This document shows, piece by piece, positions 55,578-64,000 of a stretch of DNA of 64,000 nt (its first letter is position 1; every line of letters begins with the position of its first letter). Source of the DNA: a virus. Lineage: Duplodnaviria; Caudoviricetes. The stretch covers positions 17,703-81,702 of IMG/VR virus record IMGVR_UViG_3300043391_000370. One strand, written 5' to 3'. A program made the translations under genes and the position numbers. The notes beneath the pieces were generated by a model, which was not told where the DNA came from, did no database searches, and worked only from the letters and a program-made list of their open reading frames with translations.

Positions 55578-58487
55578 TTATTCTCCTCCTAGTGCTAGAA
55601 TGAATGGTGTTACGGTCGAGAACAAACTCTTAGAATAGAATGATCCAGAAATAGTTCCTGTTTGCTGATTCACCACAACACCATCACCAATTCTGAAGTT
55701 GCCAGATTGATCAGTACTGGTATAAACAACCAGTCCACCATTACGAACATCAGTTTCATTATCTTGAATTGGAACTCCACCAGTTGCAGGTAGTGCATTT
55801 GCAATTTCAGTTCCGGAACCAATATATTCAAACGAATGCCCAGATGCAAGAACTCTGCTTTGCTTATAAAATGGAACTTGTGTTCCGACACCAATTACAT
55901 AAGGAACATTTTCATTCAAAGTAATGGTACAGATTCCAGCAGAGATTGGAGTTGAACTCTTAATTGTATAATAAGATTGTAATAATACTGCAGATGCCGT
56001 AGCTGTATTTATTCCAACATTAGGAGAACTAATTGTAACTTTAGGAACAGAAGAATATCCTCTACCACTCGAAAGAATATCAAATCCAGTTACAGATCCA
56101 TTAGATATGGTTGGAATTGCCTGTGCCGTAACACCCCAACTCGTATCAGGATCTGTAATCGTAACTGTTGGTTGTGAGGTATATCCTGTTCCACCAGATC
56201 CAACTATAACTTTAGAAACTGTATAATATAAATCACCAAAATAAATTACCTGACCATCAAAAGGACGGATGATATTGATTTTTGCGGTTCCGGTATTAGG
56301 AACATAAGTATGTGGTTGAGTTGCAACTCCAACATTACAAGTAAATACTGTACTTGCCATCGAAACTGATGGAAGATTCAACTTAGTTGTGGCAACTCCA
56401 ACACTATTAGAGGTTACTGAACCAACAAGATTATCGATAAATGTCTGAACATTAGCACAAGATGCTGGGGAAGTATTAAATCCAGTTAGAGGATCTGCGG
56501 CAACAGTAAGATCCTTTGTATTAAGTTGATTTGTAATTGCACTTTTAGCATAATCTCTAACTGCATTAAATGCCGTAATAGACTCAGAAACTTCTCCGGT
56601 GAGTCCATTACTCAAAGGATTACCATTAGAATCAAAATATTGTTCAATGAAATTTCTAATATTTTGATTTGTGTAATCTCTCACATCCAAAGAAACTGCA
56701 TCGATCAAATATCCAATGTCCCTATAGCACTTACTTCCTCCAGTAGTAAACGTTCCGTAATTATCAGAACTAGAAATACTTATCAAACTGCCAGCACCAA
56801 TAACTGTCGTAACAATACCGACTAGATTATCAATATTAGATTGAACATCAGAACATGCCAAAGGATCAGTATTTGCATAAACAGTACCTCCACCGTTATA
56901 AGTAGAAGTTCCCGTTGAAATTGTTAAATCAGAATAAGCAGCACCTACAAGAGAGTTTGTAATTGCCTGTTTCATCAAATCTCTCGCTTGATTAAATGCA
57001 TAAATTGATTCGGTAACTTCACCAACTAATCCATTACCAATTGGAGTTCCATTTGCATTAAAATATTGTCTGACAAATTCCCTAGAATAACGATTTCCAC
57101 CAGTAAATACATCGGTTGAAACTGCATCCACAAAATATCCAAGATCTCTCTTACACTTAGTTATTGTAGTAGAGATTCCTGGGTAGACATTATAGGTATT
57201 CGTCCAGGCAGTACCTACAATTACACTTTTATTATTTTGAATTAATCGGTAAGAATCATAATATCTTGATCTAGAATTTGTTTGTGAATCTCCAGGAAAA
57301 TAAAAGTCTGAATGTCCGATTGCAATTGCTGCCAAAGACTTATCTTGAATTTCAATCTTGTTTGCCTGAATTAAATTATAGGAATCATAATATCTTCCAG
57401 GTGCAACTGACTTTGCCTCAAATACATATCCATTTCGACCATTTGGATAAAATCTAGTTCCCGGTTCAAATGAGCAAGTAAATCCAAGTGCGGAAAGAGT
57501 GATACCCATTCCAACTGAGAATTGATGTGGAGTACTTGTATATGCAGTTAGAATACCAGTTGCATTATCATAAAGTGCATTTGTAATATTCAGAGTTGGA
57601 GTACTTAAATCTAATGCAAAAGTATAAGCATTTGCTACGGATGCCGAACCGGTGATAATTCCAGTATATTTAAGAGGACTTACACCATCAGAAACTAACC
57701 CATAATTACCAAAGGATGAGTTTGAGTTTGTAAGATCACATGCAGCACCTGTTCCACAGAAGACTGCAATATCACTACAAATTGTGAACAGAGAAACTAA
57801 CTGAGCATATCCTTCATTTGTAATTGAGATTCCAATACCACCTTGATTGTATTGAGTATAGGAGTCAAGAACCATACTCTTAGTTGGCCCAATTGCCTTA
57901 GAACCATCAATTCTCATTCCAATACTATTAGGAATAAAATTGGTTCCGTTCTGAATATAAGGTGATTGATCGAAATATCCTATTTGATTGGGGTTAAAAG
58001 AGAATATTGCTCCACCAGGATTCATCGTTCCGGTATAAGACATCTCCGCAACATAAACCCCATTTGCCACATAGAACAAATCTTGATCTGGATTTTGTGG
58101 TGATACTGATACTTCCCTTAAACTATCACCAACAATACTAACTTGTTCTGGAATGGTTAAAGGATTATTTTCTAGATAAGATCCAGCACTAACTTTAATA
58201 ACTGATCCTGTTGTTGCTGCGGTGAGTGCTGCTCCGATTGTTCTCTTGGCATCTCCGAGTTTGAGTCCTGTGTTTGTATCGTTTCCGTCTTTTGTGACAT
58301 ATAAAATATTTGTGACTGTTGTGCCAGAACCGATGCGAACAATATCCGTACCGATTCCAGGACGCTCTCTCTTGGCAGTTAATTCACCATCATAGGTATT
58401 GTATGCTAATTCAGCACTTAAGAGTTGATCTGCTGTAGGTCTTTTACCCGGAACAGCAGATCTTTTAATCCTGATAGGAGTTGACAT
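55578..58487 (-). CDS. Large virion structural protein (969 aa), paralog of 2552..5842
   Basis: YVTKDGNDTNTG..GDAKRTIGAA, DSYTQYNQGGIGISITNEGYAQLVSLFTI, two KCxRD(L/I)GY repeats. Confidence 0.8.
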   Translation of the reverse strand: MSTPIRIKRSAVPGKRPTADQLLSAELAYNTYDGELTAKRERPGIGTDIVRIGSGTTVTNILYVTKDGNDTNTGLKLGDAKRTIGAALTAATTGSVIKVSAGSYLENNPLTIPEQVSIVGDSLREVSVSPQNPDQDLFYVANGVYVAEMSYTGTMNPGGAIFSFNPNQIGYFDQSPYIQNGTNFIPNSIGMRIDGSKAIGPTKSMVLDSYTQYNQGGIGISITNEGYAQLVSLFTICSDIAVFCGTGAACDLTNSNSSFGNYGLVSDGVSPLKYTGIITGSASVANAYTFALDLSTPTLNITNALYDNATGILTAYTSTPHQFSVGMGITLSALGFTCSFEPGTRFYPNGRNGYVFEAKSVAPGRYYDSYNLIQANKIEIQDKSLAAIAIGHSDFYFPGDSQTNSRSRYYDSYRLIQNNKSVIVGTAWTNTYNVYPGISTTITKCKRDLGYFVDAVSTDVFTGGNRYSREFVRQYFNANGTPIGNGLVGEVTESIYAFNQARDLMKQAITNSLVGAAYSDLTISTGTSTYNGGGTVYANTDPLACSDVQSNIDNLVGIVTTVIGAGSLISISSSDNYGTFTTGGSKCYRDIGYLIDAVSLDVRDYTNQNIRNFIEQYFDSNGNPLSNGLTGEVSESITAFNAVRDYAKSAITNQLNTKDLTVAADPLTGFNTSPASCANVQTFIDNLVGSVTSNSVGVATTKLNLPSVSMASTVFTCNVGVATQPHTYVPNTGTAKINIIRPFDGQVIYFGDLYYTVSKVIVGSGGTGYTSQPTVTITDPDTSWGVTAQAIPTISNGSVTGFDILSSGRGYSSVPKVTISSPNVGINTATASAVLLQSYYTIKSSTPISAGICTITLNENVPYVIGVGTQVPFYKQSRVLASGHSFEYIGSGTEIANALPATGGVPIQDNETDVRNGGLVVYTSTDQSGNFRIGDGVVVNQQTGTISGSFYSKSLFSTVTPFILALGGE

Positions 58488-58543
58488 TTATCGCATTCGG
58501 TATGTACCAAATTGACAGTATGTACTGCCTTTCATTTATTTAT

Positions 58544-58927
58544 TCAAGTTAAATTATTTCTTCTTGGACGATAAGCATAAAGATTTGCAGGTGCCTCTGG
58601 TTTCATCCATTCCTTAATCTTCTCATAGTTCTCTTCTGAAAAGAAACACTGATTATAATACCACTGCTCCCAAGGAGTATGTCCCTTGGATTGATTACAA
58701 GAATGGCAACATGCAATCACATTTGTTTTAATATCTAATCCACCCTTACACTGGGGAGTAATGTGATCAAGTGTGATGTTTTCTTCTGACTCACAATAAG
58801 CACACTTGTGTTCCCATTGTTCTTTTATATTTCTCCTCCACATTCGTTTTGCTTCTGCTTTACTTGTCGTTTCTAGATTAAACAGATAGTCCTTGAACGA
58901 ATGTAGAGGAACCATAAGTATTTGCAA
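58544..58927 (-). CDS. HNH endonuclease
   Basis: CAYC..TLDHITP..KGG..NVIACCHSCNQSKG. Confidence 0.85.
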   Translation of the reverse strand: MQILMVPLHSFKDYLFNLETTSKAEAKRMWRRNIKEQWEHKCAYCESEENITLDHITPQCKGGLDIKTNVIACCHSCNQSKGHTPWEQWYYNQCFFSEENYEKIKEWMKPEAPANLYAYRPRRNNLT

Positions 58928-59037
58928 CTTATTATTATTTATTCTTAGTTTTGATAACTTTTACCAGTTCTTTCAGAGTAATATAGATGTAATAAAATTC
59001 CTCATAAACTGTAATGTCTTGGTCTCTCTCAAAAATA

Positions 59038-59187
59038 TCAAGTATTCTTTTCCACATTTTGTTTCTTACACATATCACGAGCATATGCCCTTGTTACATT
59101 ATCTATATGAGAACAGGGTTTGCCTTTCTCTTCACAATAAGGACACTTGGCATCTGGTGGATCATTAGGATATTGAAACTTACTCAT
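59038..59187 (-). CDS. Small Cys-rich protein (49 aa)
   Basis: Read manually: MSKFQYPNDPPDAKCPYCEEKGKPCSH...; overlaps the upstream stop. Confidence 0.55.
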   Translation of the reverse strand: MSKFQYPNDPPDAKCPYCEEKGKPCSHIDNVTRAYARDMCKKQNVEKNT

Positions 59188-59483
59188 ACCCTAACATAAA
59201 AGGGTTCTTGTTGTCCTTCTGGTAGTTTGATTTGCCCAAGTTGTTTCGTATCACGAATATTCTCTTGAGTATTAGACACAGCAATATTTGTGGTTGGAAG
59301 TGCTTTGGGCATCACTACATCAATCACTGGACTCATCAGTGTTTTGTTTTTTACAATTTCACGATTTGGTGCGTCCATATACATAATCATTCTTGCATCT
59401 TCAAAATCCCCACAGTCACAAATCTTTCTTCCAGTCCTTCTTTCTCTTACTGAAAAATAATCTTCGGTATTATACTTGTTCAT
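59184..59483 (-). CDS. Hypothetical protein (99 aa)
   Basis: ORF track; downstream of a sigma70 promoter. Confidence 0.7.
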   Translation of the reverse strand: MNKYNTEDYFSVRERRTGRKICDCGDFEDARMIMYMDAPNREIVKNKTLMSPVIDVVMPKALPTTNIAVSNTQENIRDTKQLGQIKLPEGQQEPFYVRV

Positions 59484-59592
59484 TTTTTGAAGTCTTTTGA
59501 TTATTATACACCTTTTTCATCGGTCTGTAAAGGTTGGGCCAAGTATCTTGTATGATTTCTGCCAGTTTGTATGGAGTTGTTGAGGATATCAT
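59470..59592 (-). CDS. Small hypothetical protein (40 aa) MISSTTPYKLAEIIQDTWPNLYRP...
   Basis: Read manually; ATGA coupling. Confidence 0.55.
   Translation of the reverse strand: MISSTTPYKLAEIIQDTWPNLYRPMKKVYNNQKTSKNEQV
59503..59531 (-). promoter_or_regulatory. sigma70 promoter TTTACA-17-TATAAT
   Basis: -35 at 59531-59526 and -10 at 59508-59503. Confidence 0.65.
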
Positions 59593-59654
59593 AGTAGGGA
59601 TATTAGAAAGAGGAACACTCCGAATGCTATGAATGCTGCGAGAATTGTTAGCAT
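59589..59654 (-). CDS. 21-aa single-helix membrane peptide MLTILAAFIAFGVFLFLISLL
   Basis: Read manually; coupled to both neighbours. Confidence 0.45.
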   Translation of the reverse strand: MLTILAAFIAFGVFLFLISLL

Positions 59655-59655
59655 T

Positions 59656-60084
59656 TTATTGGTGCTTTTGTAGGTATTTAATATATTCCTCAAAAAGACT
59701 TATATCATCATACGCCTGTCCTAGTATCATATTACATCTCCTACAAAGTAATTGCCGAACTTTACCTGTCTTATGGTCGTGGTCTACGCAAAGTTTTTCC
59801 CACTTTCCATCACCGGGTTTTTTGCAAGTAGCACAGACACCATTCTGTTCCTCATACATTTGTTGATGTTCTTTGAGTGTTATTCCATAATTTCTTTTTA
59901 AGTCATTATTCCTTGTTCTTTCCGGATTTTCTTGGTGTCTTGCTTTTACTCTTGCTTTATCACATTCTTTGCAAGCAGAGTGCCTTCTTCCAGTTTTTTT
60001 ATCACGAACATAAAACTCCGTGATGTACTTCTCAACATCGCAAGTCATACAAGTTCTGTAAAGGTCGGAGTATAATTTGGTCAT
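59656..60084 (-). mobile_element. Free-standing endonuclease VII-family homing endonuclease (F-CphI-like)
   Basis: YGITL..Q.GVCATC..LCVDHDHKTGKVRQLLCRRCNMILG; directly downstream of psbA, as in S-PM2. Confidence 0.85.
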
Positions 60085-60109
60085 TCTCGTGTTTTCTTTC
60101 GTGCTTAAT

Positions 60110-60117
60110 TATTTATA
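60110..60117 (-). promoter_or_regulatory. Late promoter TATAAATA for the endonuclease
   Basis: Exact consensus abutting the psbA terminator. Confidence 0.75.
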
Positions 60118-60142
60118 AAAAAAAGGAACTCCGAAGAGTTCC
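60117..60142 (-). terminator. psbA terminator
   Basis: 7-bp stem with a UUCG tetraloop and U8 tail on the minus strand. Confidence 0.85.
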
Positions 60143-60153
60143 CCTTTATTATA

Positions 60154-62136
<1,983 letters not shown>

Positions 62137-62149
62137 TTGTTAAAGGGTA

Positions 62150-62250
62150 AGTATGAGTTCAAGGGGAATTGAACGATTACAGTATATCCTACACCACCCT
62201 CCAGTGCAGGGATGAGAGATGCTTTACTTCTGATGATCTCGGTTGCAGAA
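62150..62250 (-). ncRNA. psbA leader RNA, PhotoRC-II-like motif
   Basis: ACCGAGA..UCUCUCAU..GAGGGU elements upstream of phage psbA, recognised from memory. Confidence 0.55.
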
Positions 62251-62288
62251 GGTTACGGAACGTAAAGATTTGTCTTTGTTTCCTGACT

Positions 62289-62322
62289 TATTTATCATAG
62301 CACTGGATGCCGATGGTGTCAA
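62289..62322 (-). promoter_or_regulatory. psbA dual promoter: TTGACA-17-TATGAT overlapping late GATAAATA
   Basis: -35 at 62322-62317, -10 at 62299-62294, late box at 62296-62289. Confidence 0.75.
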
Positions 62323-62327
62323 GGGGT

Positions 62328-64000
62328 TTATGCCAGAGTTAGGTTGACACTCCTCAAAACTCCGTCAGATCCCCTAACTTTAATTCTTAAGTTTGTATCA
62401 CTAATAAGTTCAAAACTCATCTGCGAATTACTTGGAGGAGTTGATGTTGTTCCCAAACCAACTGTTGAAATTCCAGTAATTAAACTACTACCAACTACAT
62501 GAAGTGGTGATGTTGGGTTTGTAATACCAATACCAAGATTAGTTGGTGAAGGAATAAAGACTGTGCTTGCTGCACCAGCAGTAGCAGAACCAACAGTAAT
62601 TAATGTCCTAGAACCAGAAGCACCACCAGTACCAAGGTTGAGTGTCTTGGTTGTTCCTATACCAGAAACACCAGTAGCAATACCTACTGTTTGTGATGCT
62701 GTTGATACTCCTAGTGTAATTGCACCAGTTTGAGTAGCACCACCAACAATTAAGGTTGCGGTTGTTTGATTAGTACCAAGTACTATAGCACCTGTTGTTG
62801 TACCACTCAAAGTAATAGCACCAGTACCAGTTAATGTTCCAGCAACAGTTGCAGAACCATCAACTTGAAGTGTTCCTTGTGTAAGGATATTACTATCAAA
62901 ATGTGCAAGTCCTTTTACATATAACTTATCCTTTACTCTGGTTTCATTATTCAGAACAATTGAAGATTCACTTGAAATACCACTGGGAGCAATCTCAAGT
63001 GCTGGTGTATTTGTGGAATATTGGAATACAGTATCAGTAGTACTACCAACAATATAAGCAACATTTTGCTCTGGTATGACATGAAGTCCCGTTACTGTGA
63101 TTTCATTAAATCCAATATAAACATCATCATAAAATACAGCAGTAGAAATATTCCAAGCAGTTCCTAAACGGAATTCATAAATTCTATCCTGTGTATTTCC
63201 AACAATCCATAATACAGTTCCTGTGGAATTGAATGAAATATCAGTTGGTAAAATTTCTAATAAAAGTGGATTTGTTCCTAAAACAAGTGAAATATTATCA
63301 TAAGTCACACCAGAAGCAAGACTGTATGGTGTAGAAAGTGAATATTGATAAATGGTATTATTTGCGTCACCACAAACATACATTTTGGAACCACTATTAC
63401 CAAAAGTAACTCCTTGTGCTGTTGTGTCTTCGTTTGATACCCTAAAACTCGTTGTATATCCAGCACTGGAAACCGTCCAAGCAATTGATAATGAATATTC
63501 ATGAACATATTCACCACTAGCAATCAGTGGAGCAAGAGCAGTTTGTCCAGAAACAAACATTTTTGTTCCTGTTGTATTAAAATCAATTCCATTTGGATTG
63601 GATTCTTGTAATGCAACGGAGAATGCTGCAATAGAAGCACCAGCAGTGCTTATATCATAAGGTATTGAAAGAGTATATTGAAAAATTCTATTGCCAAAAT
63701 CACCAACTATAAACATTGCAGTTCCTGCTGCACCAACATAAACTGCACTTGGTGCTGAATCATCCAAAGTAGCGATATTTTTTGATTTGTTGGTATAATA
63801 CCAAGATTGAATATCAGTTGTTGAGAATATTGAATTAATTCCAACTGTTCCTACACCAACGGTAATTGCACCACGAACATCTAATGCTGATTGGGGATTT
63901 GTGGTTCCAATACCAACAGACCCTAAAGTATAAGGACCACTAACACCATCTGCCCAACTATCATTACTAATATCAACATCAGTAAATTCAAACTTACCTA
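62328..64000 (-). CDS. Virion/tail protein with a YQYSL..P..I-type propeller region (partial, open to the right edge)
   Basis: Frame is open from 63998; six repeats such as IFQYTLSIPYDIST and IYQYSLSTPYSL. Confidence 0.75.
   Translation of the reverse strand, partial: GKFEFTDVDISNDSWADGVSGPYTLGSVGIGTTNPQSALDVRGAITVGVGTVGINSIFSTTDIQSWYYTNKSKNIATLDDSAPSAVYVGAAGTAMFIVGDFGNRIFQYTLSIPYDISTAGASIAAFSVALQESNPNGIDFNTTGTKMFVSGQTALAPLIASGEYVHEYSLSIAWTVSSAGYTTSFRVSNEDTTAQGVTFGNSGSKMYVCGDANNTIYQYSLSTPYSLASGVTYDNISLVLGTNPLLLEILPTDISFNSTGTVLWIVGNTQDRIYEFRLGTAWNISTAVFYDDVYIGFNEITVTGLHVIPEQNVAYIVGSTTDTVFQYSTNTPALEIAPSGISSESSIVLNNETRVKDKLYVKGLAHFDSNILTQGTLQVDGSATVAGTLTGTGAITLSGTTTGAIVLGTNQTTATLIVGGATQTGAITLGVSTASQTVGIATGVSGIGTTKTLNLGTGGASGSRTLITVGSATAGAASTVFIPSPTNLGIGITNPTSPLHVVGSSLITGISTVGLGTTSTPPSNSQMSFELISDTNLRIKVRGSDGVLRSVNLTLA

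Noticed and set aside
58935-59037. Extension of the 49-aa Cys-rich ORF by frameshift
   Set aside because: An alternative frame runs on to 58935, but I see no slippery site or other support, so the ORF is left ending at 59038.

Overview
A 64-kb piece of a T4-like cyanomyovirus (cyanophage) genome, probably freshwater, almost entirely on the minus strand. Contents: (1) virion structural and baseplate genes (gp5, gp51, gp26, gp54-like, gp4, gp48, gp53), including a hub-region protein with lambda-type lysozyme and M23 domains; (2) the core cluster gp32, gp59, gp33, exonuclease, phoH, thyX and nrdC, with a free-standing GIY-YIG endonuclease in front of gp32; (3) a six-gene glycosyltransferase/methyltransferase cluster; (4) an 18-kb block of four genes built from ~40-aa Asp-box/BNR-like repeats; (5) further tail-fibre genes; (6) a psbA cassette with two group I introns (one encoding a LAGLIDADG enzyme) and a downstream F-CphI-like endonuclease. 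Most striking observations, all read by hand: the repeat proteins parse into 7-repeat units nested inside one another up to four levels deep (a branched tree of putative beta-propellers grafted onto a Gly-rich scaffold); the two largest genes are halves of one ancestral ~4,400-aa protein split inside a blade; a small transcription unit has an NtcA box, a late promoter, a glnA-type glutamine riboswitch and a 30-aa basic peptide, copying the regulatory layout of host glutamine synthetase inactivating factors; and there is a stand-alone ~100-nt structured transcript with a perfect sigma70 promoter and its own terminator. No database searches were run; family assignments rest on recognised motifs and gene order.
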